Shown: positions 11,243 to 23,637, numbered from the stretch's first letter. The stretch: DNA of 64,000 bases from Tubulanus polymorphus (GCF_964204645.1 NC_134029.1:11372850-11436849), one strand, 5' to 3'. The notes: a model not told the origin generated them from the letters alone. Translations and numbers: made by a program.

Positions 11243-12000
11243 ATGGTAGAATTAAAAGAATACAGAATATTTGTTGATTCTAGAAAACTTACAAATTATA
11301 AATCTCATAATTTACTAGTACAATTAGATAGAGAATATAAAAATTGCGTAGATTTAAAATTAGTTAATATAAGTTTATGTAATTCTTTTTACAATATATC
11401 GAATAAAACTATTGAACATAGAGTCTTTTTAATTCATATTAGAAATATGGATAAATGGTATCATCTATTTTTAAAACCAGGGTTATATAATTTAGAAACA
11501 TTAGCCCAAGAAATTAATCGGAGAGCACGGTTGAAAATTAGAAAAGATGATAAATTTTCAATTAGATTTATAAAAAGTGATAGTTCTGATAAAATTAAAA
11601 TAAAGTTAGATGATGAAAGCAAACATGCATTTATGGTAAGGAAACCTTTAGCTAAACTGTTAGGAATTAAACCACAAACTGTTACAGGAAACGTAGAAGG
11701 CATTTCAAATATTATGCCTTTTACACACTTTTATATTTATTGCAATTTAATTGATCCTACAAAAACATTTGAAGCAACTAAAGATACAACATGTAATTCT
11801 AGTATGCTAAATATTTTACCGCTAAAAAATGTTAAACAATTGAAACTCAAATAAATTATAATTTAACTGAATGTGATTTCAAACCTTGTATTCCTCAATT
11901 TAATAATTTTAAATTAGAAATAAGAAATCATAATGGTTATTTAATTGATTTGAATAACTTTCCTGTAATTTATGAATTAGTTATAAGATGTAGAGAGTAA
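11243..12000 (+). pseudogene. Minor capsid protein (penton), inner, frameshift near 11840
   Basis: IFVDSR, NSFYNI, GLYNLETL, FYIYCNLID; the other frame continues FKLEIRNHNGYLIDLNNFPVIYELVI to TAA at 12000. Confidence 0.75.
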
Positions 12001-12016
12001 TTTTTCACCTATATAA

Positions 12017-12373
12017 ATGAATATAACTGTTGGACCGAGTATATGTTTTGGATTTGATTTTAAACGTGAGAAAGAAATGAAATTTAACGTTAATGATGTA
12101 ATTACACATATCAAAAATATTGCATTTTCTAATGAAACAACATTTGAGTATGAAACAACAATAGATAAAGAAACTTTAAATGTAGAAAAGATTACTAATT
12201 TAATTAGAGAATCTTTAAGATTTTATGAATTAGATGAAGATTTTATCATCGATGATATTAAAAAAATAATAATTGAAATATATACAAATGAAACTAGTAA
12301 TGAAATAAATGTTGAATTAATCATCACTAAGATAACTAAATATTTTGATGATAGTAATTTTTTTGATAAATAA
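12017..12373 (+). CDS. Hypothetical acidic protein
   Basis: Intact ORF in a tightly packed co-directional block, TAAATG start. Confidence 0.6.
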   Translation: MNITVGPSICFGFDFKREKEMKFNVNDVITHIKNIAFSNETTFEYETTIDKETLNVEKITNLIRESLRFYELDEDFIIDDIKKIIIEIYTNETSNEINVELIITKITKYFDDSNFFDK

Positions 12374-12595
12374 ATGAGTGATAATAAGTGGATAATAACT
12401 GGATTATATAATGGCGCATTACTATCAGTTGGAACTGTTGGTTATTCAATGGTATTAAAAAAAGTATTTAAAATGGGAAGTGTTAATGTTGATAGATTTG
12501 ATATAAATGATATTTTAAAATTAACGTTAGCAGTTACTTTATCTAATTTAACAATTGATTATTTGGAAAAACAAAAATATATTCCTCCCATATAA
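12374..12595 (+). CDS. Small hydrophobic (membrane) protein
   Basis: Two hydrophobic helices; TAA-ATG junction with the previous gene. Confidence 0.65.
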   Translation: MSDNKWIITGLYNGALLSVGTVGYSMVLKKVFKMGSVNVDRFDINDILKLTLAVTLSNLTIDYLEKQKYIPPI

Positions 12596-12619
12596 ATGCA
12601 TAATTCTTTTGCTAAATAA

Positions 12620-13042
12620 ATGGCTTCTGCAATTATAACTATTATAGGATCGGCAATTGTTAACGCTTTAGCATTTACTGGTGGTGGTTATTTATTTAAA
12701 CATATTGATAAAAATAGTTCATTAGGAGAACAAAGAAGACATAACTTAGCATTAGAGAAGTACAATAAAGCAGCAGAAGAATATAGAGAAAAGAGGCAAA
12801 ACTATATGGATTATATTAACAAGGAATTATATGATCAGAAGATTTCACATAGAGATTTTCAATCAGTTGATGATGCAATGAGTTTATATAACGCGGTAAC
12901 CAATAAAGAAAAATTACATCTATACAAACCTAAATTATCAGATTATTATACCCCAAGTAAAGAACAACAGAAATATGAAATAATTTGGATTTTAGGCGGA
13001 ACAGTTATTGTTATATTTGTTGCTTATAAGTTTACTAATTAG
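12620..13042 (+). CDS. Membrane protein with N- and C-terminal hydrophobic segments
   Basis: MASAIITIIGSAIVNALAFTGGGYLF...RHNLALE...IIWILGGTVIVIFVAY. Confidence 0.7.
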   Translation: MASAIITIIGSAIVNALAFTGGGYLFKHIDKNSSLGEQRRHNLALEKYNKAAEEYREKRQNYMDYINKELYDQKISHRDFQSVDDAMSLYNAVTNKEKLHLYKPKLSDYYTPSKEQQKYEIIWILGGTVIVIFVAYKFTN

Positions 13043-13063
13043 TAATTTTTTTTTGCTAAATAA

Positions 13064-13498
13064 ATGGAAGATAAAGTTGATAGTATTGATATTATTCCTC
13101 ATGATATAAATAAAACTAAATTAAAAACATATTTAGAAAAACAAATATTAGAATTTGAAAGTGACTTAAAGATAAAAAAGAAAAAATATCTAAAAAGTAA
13201 AATTATATATTATTTAATTATAAGTGGTTCGGTTACAATTAGTTCTGTAATAACATTTTTAGCAATATTCAGTCCATTAACACCTTTAGCTATATCAATT
13301 GGTGTGTTAGGATTAAGTTCAAGTGTTTTAACCGGTATAAGTTCAAAATTAAATATAAAAAGTAATAAAGAAAAAATTAAAACTAATATAAAAGAAATTA
13401 ATAAATTAAAGAACACACTAGATTATATCATAAGTTTAAATGGTCATATAACAGTTGAAGAACAAGATAAATTATTAAAAGAATTAATAAATTATTAA
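13064..13498 (+). CDS. Two-TM coiled-coil membrane protein
   Basis: Hydrophobic hairpin IIYYLIISG...VLTGIS between charged helices. Confidence 0.65.
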   Translation: MEDKVDSIDIIPHDINKTKLKTYLEKQILEFESDLKIKKKKYLKSKIIYYLIISGSVTISSVITFLAIFSPLTPLAISIGVLGLSSSVLTGISSKLNIKSNKEKIKTNIKEINKLKNTLDYIISLNGHITVEEQDKLLKELINY

Positions 13499-13514
13499 TT
13501 TTTTAATTATATAA

Positions 13515-14903
13515 ATGGCAGATAGTTTTCCAAAAGCTTTCCAATATAATAAATCAATTAAATATAATATTCCAGCAATAGATTTTAATAAAGATATTAC
13601 ATATAGAAATGAAGTTTTAGATTCATTAACTAATTTAGAAATTTATGATACTGAAACTAATAATTTTAATGCAAAGATGGAAAATATATTTCATGTATAT
13701 TTAATTAATTTTAAAAAATTGAAAGATGAAAAACAATGGTTATTAAAATCTAATATGAAGTATTGGCAGAATCAATTAAATTTTGCTGTTTATTGTTCAA
13801 CAACAGGATGTGGAATAAGTTGGAATGATCATTTGAATAATTCTAAATATAAACTAATTCAAAGTTTGTTTAGAATTCATACATACTTTCAAATCAGAAT
13901 AATATTAAATGAATTAGAGTGTGCTTTACCAGGATCTAGATATTTTAAAGAATTAGATAATAATATTAATTTATCAAAGTTTTATAAAATTTGTAATGAA
14001 TTTAATATAGATATAAATAATTCTGATTTTAGAACAAAAATTGGAACAATAAGATCACTTCCTTGCCCTAAAAAGATTGCAGAATATTGTGTACTTCCCA
14101 TACCATCTAATAGTTTTTATAATATCTATAATAATAAATTAGGTTATGGTAAAATAGAAACAAAGGATTTAGAAACATTAAATTTCAATAAATTACCGAA
14201 ATTTTATGATCATTTAAAACAAGAAAATAATAATGGTTGGGTTAATTTTATTTTAGAAAATAGTGAAGGTTTTACTAAATCAGGTAAAGAAAGAATAAAT
14301 CAATCAATTAGAACTTATTTGATATGTATTTTAGGTGCACAAGTTGAAACAAGATCACCGATAATTGGAAATTTGAATACATCATTCGATACACAAAAAC
14401 AATTTAAAGTTTTATTTGAAGATTCAATTCATAATGATAAAAATAGATCGATTCCAGAAAACATTATAAGATATCAAAATTATTTAGATAAATCTCATGT
14501 AAGGCTTAATTATTGTATAGGCCCTAATCTATTAATTATTTCTAATGATTTAGTATTAAAGATGGGAAACATAATTGGTTATAATAATCTAATTAAAACT
14601 GCAACAATAAATAATTCATTTGGGTTAAATGATATAAATAAAAAGATTATTACTGCTCCAAAATTAATGGAAGGTGAAAAAAATAAAAAACACATTCAAT
14701 CAACTGAAACTAAAACTAAGAATATTAAATTAAATAATGATTCTAAAATAAAAGATTATAATACATCAGAAAATAATAGAACTGATATTATTCAACATGA
14801 TATAATTAAAACTAATGATGATAATAAATCCCATGAAAATACTAAATTAGCTATAACTTGTATAGGAATTGTAATCGGAGGAATATTATATTTTAAATTT
14901 TAA
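13515..14903 (+). CDS. Hypothetical protein with C-terminal TM anchor
   Basis: 462 aa intact; YWQNQLNFAVYCSTTGCGIS; ends LAITCIGIVIGGILYFKF. Confidence 0.7.
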   Translation: MADSFPKAFQYNKSIKYNIPAIDFNKDITYRNEVLDSLTNLEIYDTETNNFNAKMENIFHVYLINFKKLKDEKQWLLKSNMKYWQNQLNFAVYCSTTGCGISWNDHLNNSKYKLIQSLFRIHTYFQIRIILNELECALPGSRYFKELDNNINLSKFYKICNEFNIDINNSDFRTKIGTIRSLPCPKKIAEYCVLPIPSNSFYNIYNNKLGYGKIETKDLETLNFNKLPKFYDHLKQENNNGWVNFILENSEGFTKSGKERINQSIRTYLICILGAQVETRSPIIGNLNTSFDTQKQFKVLFEDSIHNDKNRSIPENIIRYQNYLDKSHVRLNYCIGPNLLIISNDLVLKMGNIIGYNNLIKTATINNSFGLNDINKKIITAPKLMEGEKNKKHIQSTETKTKNIKLNNDSKIKDYNTSENNRTDIIQHDIIKTNDDNKSHENTKLAITCIGIVIGGILYFKF

Positions 14904-14919
14904 TTTTTGTATTATGTAA

Positions 14920-16500
14920 ATGGCAGAAGGTGGAGAAGATATTCCATTGGATCCTTTTGGTGATGAACCCGGTATAAGTGATGAACCACAACCTGATTTT
15001 AATGAAACTAATATTGATAATGATGATGAATCAGCATATAATTCTAATATAGCAGATAGTGGGTCTAAAGCCCCATCAACAGAGGAATATGATAGAAAAA
15101 CTAGATCGAGAATACCTGCTGAATATGAAAATCAAGGTTTAAAAAAGGAAGATTTAGAAAATATTAAATTTATATATAAATTCCAACCTGTATTTGAAAG
15201 ATCTGGATATAATATAAATTACAGAGGCGCCAGACTTTTAGTACAAGATTTAAAGTTTTTAGATGGTGAATATTATTATAAATTGAGAGATGATTATTAT
15301 TTTAACATCTCTTATAAAAGTCAAAATATAATATTAGCAGAATCAACTTTGCTTAAGTTAGAACCAGATAGAATTAAGAGAATAATTAATAGTAATGAAA
15401 TAACTAATGTAACACAAGAAGAAATGAAAAAAAATAGAAAAGAATTCAAACAAAGAATTGATGACTTATTTGAAACAATCGATAATAATTTAAAAACAGA
15501 AATGGAAGAGAATAGAGATCGATTAGATAAATTAAGATCTTCAACACCCGAAACATCTAGAAGAGATATTCAACAAATTGATAATGATTCAAATCAATTA
15601 CAAGTAGTAAAACATTTTGATAAAATGTTTGATACAATTCATTCATTTGACGAAGAGATGAATAGTATTTTAGATACTGAAACTGGAATAAATCGAATAC
15701 AATCTTTACTAGAAAAAGGAATACTTGATTTAACTGATGAAGAATTAGAAGCATTTCCTGAACAAGCACGTAGAGAAATTAAAGGTATGCAAGAATCAGC
15801 TGGTGAAATTGCTAATATTAAGATGAGATTTTCTAAAATAACCATGTTCGAAAAAGAATTAGCTAATGCAGATGAAGAATTAAAACAATTAGAATTAAAT
15901 AGAGATCTTCAATTAATCGAGGAAGCTGATTATGAAAGCAGAAAGTTAGCTTTAGAAAAAGAAATAGATGATTTAGAATATAACATAAAATTACAAAAAG
16001 AAGAAAGAGATATATTATTAAAATCATATGATCTTAATCATATTAAAAAATTAAAAGTTATTTTTAAAGATTTGTTGATAAAACCAGATTCTAGAATATC
16101 ATTGAAAGATAGAATAAAATTATTATTTAAATTAGAAGGAATAACAATTCTTTCCATTCTAACAGCTGTAACTATGTTATTTACAACAATTGGTTTAGCA
16201 ATATCAAATGCTTTGAAATCTACTCCTACTCCCAATAAACCAGATAAACCTCCAAGTAATAATTCTATACAAGATAAAGTTAAAGATGGTTTAAAGAAAT
16301 TAGCAAAATATTTATGGGAACTATCTAAAAAATCTGCTGCAGCATTACCAGGAGTTATTGCATCAATTGTTGGTTTTATATTGAAATCTGCAGGAAACAT
16401 TATTAACTTTGCTGCTGAACATATTATTTTATTTTTAATTACAGTTGTAAGTGCTATTATTTTTGGTTTAGTAAACATGATATCAAAAATAAATAATTAA
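14920..16500 (+). CDS. Coiled-coil protein with C-terminal hydrophobic/amphipathic helices
   Basis: 526 aa intact; long coiled coil then GITILSILTAVTMLFTTIGLAI, ALPGVIASIVGFIL, IILFLITVVSAIIFGL. Confidence 0.7.
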   Translation: MAEGGEDIPLDPFGDEPGISDEPQPDFNETNIDNDDESAYNSNIADSGSKAPSTEEYDRKTRSRIPAEYENQGLKKEDLENIKFIYKFQPVFERSGYNINYRGARLLVQDLKFLDGEYYYKLRDDYYFNISYKSQNIILAESTLLKLEPDRIKRIINSNEITNVTQEEMKKNRKEFKQRIDDLFETIDNNLKTEMEENRDRLDKLRSSTPETSRRDIQQIDNDSNQLQVVKHFDKMFDTIHSFDEEMNSILDTETGINRIQSLLEKGILDLTDEELEAFPEQARREIKGMQESAGEIANIKMRFSKITMFEKELANADEELKQLELNRDLQLIEEADYESRKLALEKEIDDLEYNIKLQKEERDILLKSYDLNHIKKLKVIFKDLLIKPDSRISLKDRIKLLFKLEGITILSILTAVTMLFTTIGLAISNALKSTPTPNKPDKPPSNNSIQDKVKDGLKKLAKYLWELSKKSAAALPGVIASIVGFILKSAGNIINFAAEHIILFLITVVSAIIFGLVNMISKINN

Positions 16501-16516
16501 TTTTTTTGTTAAATAA

Positions 16517-17764
16517 ATGAGTGGGAGTTATATCAATCCTTCTAAGAATCATAGAATATCTAATGCTATTAAAGCAGAAAGATCACATCGTATAATTACT
16601 CATAACCCTTCAAATATTAATCCCGATGAAACTTAATACGTTAGAATCCCTCGATTAACACAAAATACTTTTTACGTTCCAAATAGTATTCATTTATCAG
16701 CCGATATAAAAGTAATCGGTAATAATAATTATTATGTTGTTGATAATGTTGGAAGATATTTGATTAAAAAGTTAACAATAAAGATTGGTCCAGAAACAGT
16801 TTTCTCATTAGATGATTATAATTTATTTATGCATTATAAAGATTTATGGTTAACTAAAGAGAACAGAAATAATATGATATTTCAAGGCATCCAATCAGAA
16901 AACCATAACAAATTAAGATCTGAAGCCAATAATGCAGTAGTAACTAATGCTGTAGATAATTTGATAAAAAAGATTTATGGAAGCAAATATAAAATTCCAT
17001 TAGACTTTGAATTGATAAATAATAATGCACCTTTATATAAATACGCAATCCAAGAAGATATTATATTTGAGATAACATTTGCTCCTGTAAATGAAATTGT
17101 ATTATCTAGCGTTGTTAAAGATATGAGTTATAAATTATCGAATATATGTTTAGAATATGATACAGTAACTGATGAAAATATTTCAAGTATAATTCAAACT
17201 AAATACAATCAAGGATTTTCATTATTATATGATTATATTGATAAATTTAAAACTGTAACTATTAATGCAAATGATGAAATAATTAATGAGAATATTAACT
17301 TCCCAAGAAGATCTATTAAAGGCATATTAATATTTTTTACCATTGCAACATATACTAATGGCGCAATAAATGTTGATAATTATTATAATCCTGAAATAAC
17401 AAAAGTAGAAATAACTATCGAAGGAATAGCAAATAAAATATTTTGTCAAGGAATGAGAATGATAGATCAATGGCCAGAAATTAGAAAACATTTTATGAAT
17501 GAAAAAGTAAAATCATCCGAAAATTGTAATATTAATCAAATTGATTATTATACCGGCAATAAATACGCATTATGGTTAGATTTTAGAACAACAGAGGATA
17601 ATTCATTACATGGTTCTGGAAAAAAATTACAAAACACTAAAGATGGAATACAATTATTCATGACAAAGAATAAAGGAATCAAAAATTTTAAAATGCATAT
17701 TTATATTATATCTGACGCGCAATTAAATATTGTAAATTCACAATTAGATAGTGTTATGTATTAG
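16517..17764 (+). pseudogene. Putative major capsid protein (double jelly-roll), in-frame TAA at 16634-16636
   Basis: True start ATG 16517 (HNPSNINPDET*YVRIPRL) in frame with the 16760 ORF; about 415 codons, beta-rich, YKLSNICLEYD, YALWLDFRT; size and position fit an MCP. Confidence 0.72.
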
Positions 17765-17989
17765 AATTTTAACTTTAATAAAAATTTATTATATAAATGG
17801 AAGGAGGTAAAGTATATAAACATATTCCATACATCGATACACATGAAAATAATGATGGTTTATATTATGTAATACCTTGTAATATAGCTTTGATATTTGA
17901 TCCTATTTTCAAAATTTATAAAACTAAACTAATAGAAATCGATAATAATAAAAGTGAAGTTGTTGATAATTTAAGTAATGTAATTGACA

Positions 17990-18152
17990 ATAATGTAATA
18001 CCTTCTACATCTAATAATGTAATACCTACTACAGTAATACCTACTACATCTAATAATGTAATACCTACTACATCTAATAATGTAATACCTACTACATCTA
18101 ATAATGTAATACCTACTACATCTAATAATGTAATACCTTCTACATATAATAA
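17990..18152 (+). repeat. 24-bp coding minisatellite (AATAATGTAATACCTACTACATCT)
   Basis: About 6-7 copies encoding NNVIPTTS. Confidence 0.85.
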
Positions 18153-18852
18153 TGCAATAATATTAAATGTTAGTAAAAATAGAAATTATTGTGATTATTG
18201 TAAAGGTGAATTTTCAAACGCTCCATCAAATTGGAATAAACATATGAATACAAATTCACATATTACTAATGTTATAGAACGTGTTGGTTTAAAAGAATTT
18301 ATAGAACACCCATTTAGATATGTTACAAAGTTTGTTTCAAATCAAAAAGTAAATGGTAAAGAATTATATAAAGATTTTTTATTAGCAACACCTAATAAAG
18401 ATGAATTAGATCTAACCGATGCTAATGAAATATTAGAATCAAACACTGTAAATGAAATACTAGGAGCAAACACTAATAAAGAATATAGCTGCAAAGCAGC
18501 GATAACGGGTTTTCTGCACAGTCTTAGAATCCTGTTCAACGGTGGATTTCAACAAAGCATTTGATAAGGCTCAACATCAGCCATTACTGAACAGGCTATT
18601 AGGAAACAGTATCAATGATAGGTCGCCCAAATGGCACAGCAGTTATCTCTGAACGGAAACTTGTAACCGAAATCAACGGAACGCCTCATCTTGGAGTGAG
18701 ACGGTCTAACTAGTGGAGTCACGCAAGGTAGTATCCTAAGTCGTCTTCTGTTTAATGTCCTGACAAATGACATACACAGTAATCCAAAATATACCAGACC
18801 GAGTAAATTTCCAAAACAACCTTAACACACTGTTCGACCAAAAACTTAATGT

Positions 18853-19146
18853 TCCGACAAAACCAAAATTATGAATTGTCGCGGGTGACAAAACCAAAAT
18901 ATTGAATTGTCACGGGCGACAAAACAAAAATAATGAATTGTCGCGGCCGATAAAACCAAAATAATGAATTGTCGCGGGCGATAAAACCACAATAATGAAT
19001 TGTCGCGGGCGTTAAAACCAAAATATTGAATTGTTGCGGGCGATAAAACCAAAATAATGAATTGTTGCGGGCGACAAAAACAAACTATTGAATTGTTGCG
19101 TGCGACAAAACCAAAATAATGAATTGTCGCGGGCGACAAAACCAAA
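18853..19146. repeat. 31-bp satellite (AAAACCAAAATAATGAATTGTCGCGGGCGAY), left block
   Basis: Direct tandem units read from the sequence. Confidence 0.95.
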
Positions 19147-20297
19147 CTAGGGGTCCAGGGACACCATGCTCACTTGGGCAGTGGTTTCAAATGCTCAACA
19201 ATCTAACAATTTCAATACATAACGCCCTCTAGTGACCATATACAAAAACCAATGACCTTGAAACCCACCACAATCATAGAAAATGTGAGCAGCTATGATT
19301 TTGTAATTGATTGTGATAACAAAATATTCCTCGTTACCAATTTAATATGGAAATACTAAGTTATTCTACTATTCAACGCCCCCTGGTGACCATATGCAAA
19401 ACCAAATGACCTCAAAACTCACCACAATCGTAGTACATGTCATGAAATACAACTTTGCAATTGATCATAGTAACAAAATATGCCTAGGTACCAATCTAAT
19501 AAGGAAATACTAAGCCATTCTACTATTCAGCGCCCCCTGGTGACTATATGGAATAACTAATGTCCTTAAAAACTCACCACAATCATAGACGATGTCATGA
19601 ACTACAACTTAGCAATGGATCATGGTAACAAACTATGCCTAGGTACCAATCTAATAAGGAAAAACTAAGCTTTTCTACTATTCAACGCCCCCTGGTGACT
19701 ATATGGAATAACTAATGTCCTTAAAAACTCACCACAATCATAGACGATGTCATGAACTACAACTTTGCCATTGATCATGGTAACAAAATATGCCTTGGTA
19801 CAAATATAATATAGCGATACTAAGTTATTGTATTATTCAACGCCCCCTGATGGCCATATACAAAAACCAATGACCTTGAAACTCACCAAAATCATAGAAC
19901 ACGTTATGGGCTACAACTTTCCAATTGAATATAGTAACACAATATGCTTAGGTATCAATTAATTGTGGAAAAACTTTTTCCCACCTACGAATGAGTACTG
20001 ATGACACCAAGATGGCCGCCAATTGCTTCATAATTGGCTGATCAAAAATACCTGTCCTAGGTATAAAGCATCCCTCTCTAAAGAATATCCATCAGCAATT
20101 GCAATGAGAAATGGCAAACCAGTAGGAAGCTACAGGACCTAGAATTCTGGCCAAAATTGCCATTTTTGGGCACTAAAAAGGTCATAGGACGGCCATCTTG
20201 AGTCAGATCGACCCAATTTTCTTATGCTGATGGGCCTTTGGTAGATTCAAATATAAACGAAAGATCAAGGTAATTGATCAAAGCGTCTTCAAAATTT
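19146..20297. mobile_element. HINE-like element B, truncated copy with five ~154-bp internal repeats
   Basis: Homologous to 40837-42090 but stops at AAGCGTCTTCAAAATTT, lacking the (GGAC)n tract and hairpin. Confidence 0.75.
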
Positions 20298-20299
20298 TC

Positions 20300-21893
20300 T
20301 TCGGGCGACAAAACCAAAATAATGAATTGTCGCGGGCGATAAAACCAAAATAATGAATTGTCTCGTGCGACAAAACCAAAATAATAAATTGTCACAGGGC
20401 AATAAAACCAAAATAATGAATTATCGCGGGCGATAAAACCAAAATATTGAATTGTCGCAGGCGATAAAACCAAAATAATGAATTGTCGCGGGTAACAAAA
20501 CCAAAAAAAAATTGTCGCGGGCGACAAAAACAAAATATAAAACCAAAATAATGAATTGTCGCGGACGTCAAAACGAAAAGAAGAATTGTCGCGGGCGACA
20601 AAACCATAATAATGAATTGTCGCTGGAGATAAAACCAAAGTAATGAATTGTCGTGGGCGATAAAACGAAAATATTGAATTGTCGCGGGCGACAAAACCAA
20701 ACTAATGAATTGTCGCGGGCGACAAAACCAAAAAAAGAATTGTGGGGGCAACAAAACAAAAATAATGAATTGTCGCGGGCGACAAAACCAAAATGATGAA
20801 TTGTCCAGGCGACAAAACCAAAATGGTGAATTGTCGCGGGCGACAAAACCAAAATAATGAATTGTCGCGGGCAATAAAAACAAAATGATGAATTGTCTCG
20901 GATGACAAAACCAAAATAATGAATTTTCGCGGGCGATAAAACCAAAATAATGAATTGTCGCGGGTGACAAAACCAAAATGGTGAATTGTCGCGGGCGACA
21001 AAACCAAAATGGTGAATTGTCGCAGGCGACAAAACCAAAATAATGAATTGTCGCGGGCGACAAAACCAAAAAGAAGAATTGTCGCGGTCGACAGAACCAA
21101 AATAATGAATTGTCGCTGGCGATAAAACCAAAGTAGTGATTTGTCGTGGGCGATAAAACCAAAATATTGAATTGTTGCGGTCGATAAAACCAAAATAATG
21201 AATTGTCGCGGGCGACAAAACCAAAATATTCAATTGTCGCGGGCAACAAAACCAAACTAATGAATTGTCGCGGGCGATAAAACCAAAAAAATGAATTGTC
21301 GCGGGCGATAAAACCAAAATAATGAATTGTCGCAGGCGATAAAACCAAAATATTGAAGTGTCGCAGGCGATAAAACCGCGACAAAAAGAAAAAAATTGTC
21401 GCGGGCGATAAAACCAAAATAATGAATTGTCGCGGGCGATAAAGCCAAAATATTGAATTGTCGTGGGCGACAAATCCAAAAAATGAATTGTCGCGGGCGA
21501 TAAAATCAAAATCTTGAATTGTCGCTATTGTCGCGTGCGACAAAACCAAAATAATGAATTGTCGCGGGCGATAAAACCAAAATAATGAATTGTCGCGGGC
21601 GATAAAACCAAAATGGTGAATTGTCGTGGGCGACAAAACCAATATATTGTTTTGTCGCGGGTGACAAAACCAAATTAATGAATTGTCGCAGGCGATAAAA
21701 CAAAAATAATGAATTGTCGCTGGCGATAAAACCAAAATATTGAATTGTCGCGGTCGACAAATCCAAAAAATGAATTGTCGCGGCAGAAAAACCAAAATCT
21801 TGAATTGTCGCGGGTGACAAAACCAAATTAATGAATTGTCGCGGGCGATAAAACCAAAATAATGAATTGTCGCGGGCGACAAAACCAAAATTA
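20300..21893. repeat. 31-bp satellite, right block
   Basis: About 50 tandem units. Confidence 0.95.
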
Positions 21894-23558
21894 TTGTTTT
21901 GTCGCGTTATTTTAGTTTTGTCGTTTTGTCATAATGTCGCCCTCATTTGCATATACATGTTTTTTTTTACGCATGGCCCTTATCAGCCACCATACTAAAG
22001 CCTTAAGGTCGCGTAAAACTCGATAAACACTTCAAGCGACACAGCGAACGATCTCCTTTCCCCCACAGCGAACGCTCAACCTAGTAGAGGCTACTAGCCT
22101 ATGTAGGCCTATGTATATGCGTAGGCCTAACATCCGGACAGATTGGTCGTAGGCCTATTGAATTTAACAACCCACCTAAATAACGTAAATTTTGTTTTGA
22201 AGTTCAATCCAATGAGTCCGTTAATAAACGCAACAATTGTACTGTGTTTGTTTGATACAGTAAAGCTCAGTACCGGTAGGCCTAAAGCCGCGTCAAACTC
22301 GATAAACACTTCAAGCGACACAGCGAACGATCCCTTTACCCCACAGCGAACGCTTACTCCGAATGACAAGTGTGAGTCCAGCATACGGATAGGAGTGTGT
22401 TATTTACTTGTATTTAGTAAATACCTTGTGCATTTGACAATGATCGGTATGTACTGTAGGAAATATAGAGTATTGATGGTATGATATAGAGGTTGAAGCC
22501 CGCGGCCGAATAAAGTAATATATTCTTTTATTTTGATACCTCGTCGACATAACAGCTTTTCTCCGCTATATCTCTTCGGCGTGTTTCGTTTAGGCCTACG
22601 ATTCCCCGGTACACTAAAGTTTTATCTTAGTAAATACACGGTTAATTCGGTAAAGAAATATAGGTATTGTTATACTAACTCCTTGAAACCCGCAGCCAAA
22701 TCACTGGTAGTAATAAATTAATTTGTACTCGATTTGATTCTTATGATGAGGAGAAACTCGCAGCTGATCCCCGGAACGACGATGTAGTAACACACGTCGA
22801 TTCGTCGATGTTTACGGCTCGACAGTGCTTTTAAAATCTAAAGTAGTAAATTTCCAGTGTATCGGTAATAGGATTTGATGAGGAAAATGGGCTATTGTTA
22901 AAATCACTGTTTGAAGACCGCGACTGAATTTGAGGTCTGCGGCAATAAATTAGTTCATTTATACTTGAATTGATAATCGAAGTGACAGTCGGCCCGCGGG
23001 TTGATTTCGGGATGACGACTCGAAAAACATGTCGCCCCTGGGGCTAAATTTTCGATGTTTACAGCCCGACTGCGCTTTTGTAACGATGATTCGTGAAAAA
23101 ACACGCGGGCTATTTGTAGATCTCAGTGAGCTGAACGATATTATATGGATTGTATATGAAACAGCGGTAAGGTAACAAAGCCTATGTTCTTTTGGTAAAA
23201 ATAGTGTGGAAGAAAATAATAATAATAATAATCACGCGGATATCAATAGGGTTTTCTGTGAAATAACAGAAAACCCTAATAATAATGAAAATACAGGAAA
23301 GCGCATTGATAATAAAGATTCTATGAAACTTAAATCAGAAAATAAAGATATAGTTGAGCTGCCTAATAAGTATATCAATAAACCAATTATTTATGAAGAT
23401 ACGGTAGAGCATTTGAATAAATTGTTAGGGCCTGATAATGAATTGGAGAGTGATGATGAAAGTGATTCAGAAATTAATTATCTAACAATCAAATAATAAT
23501 AAAGGTTGAAAATTGTATAAAATAATAGTAAATAAAAAAGGGGGTTTTAAGTATTTAA

Positions 23559-23637
23559 GGTATCTAATAGGGTATCAGGTATAAGGGTATCAGGTATTAG
23601 GGTATCTAATGGGGTATCAGGTATTAGGGTATCTAAT
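23559..23637. repeat. GGGTATC/GGTAT short tandem repeat at the convergence of the two transcription blocks
   Basis: GGTATCTAATAGGGTATCAGGTATAAGGGTATCAGGTATTAGGGTATC... Confidence 0.75.

Larger units (their letters stand above)
18482..23278. mobile_element. Helentron/HINE-like non-autonomous element A, complete copy
   Basis: Starts AATATAGCTGCAAAGCAGC with GGGTTTTCTG near the left end; ends with (AAT)n then hairpin TAGGGTTTTCTGT-GAAATA-ACAGAAAACCCTA (23247-23278); no TSD; same sequence recurs at 40187, 44598, 48608. Confidence 0.75.
17797..23496 (+). pseudogene. Hypothetical zinc-finger protein with NNVIPTTS repeats, split by the 18482-23278 insertion
   Basis: Coding-like AT-rich sequence stops at 18481 and resumes at about 23279 (NNENTGKR...YLTIK*); CDYC...H....H finger. 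Confidence 0.65.

Noticed and set aside
22127-22721. ORFs within element A (also 43871-44655 and 63154-63747)
   Set aside because: Short, no recognisable domains, frames not kept between copies; no Rep/helicase seen
23206-23496. Stand-alone 96-aa gene
   Set aside because: Its GTG start lies in element A; the remainder is the 3' end of the interrupted 17797 gene
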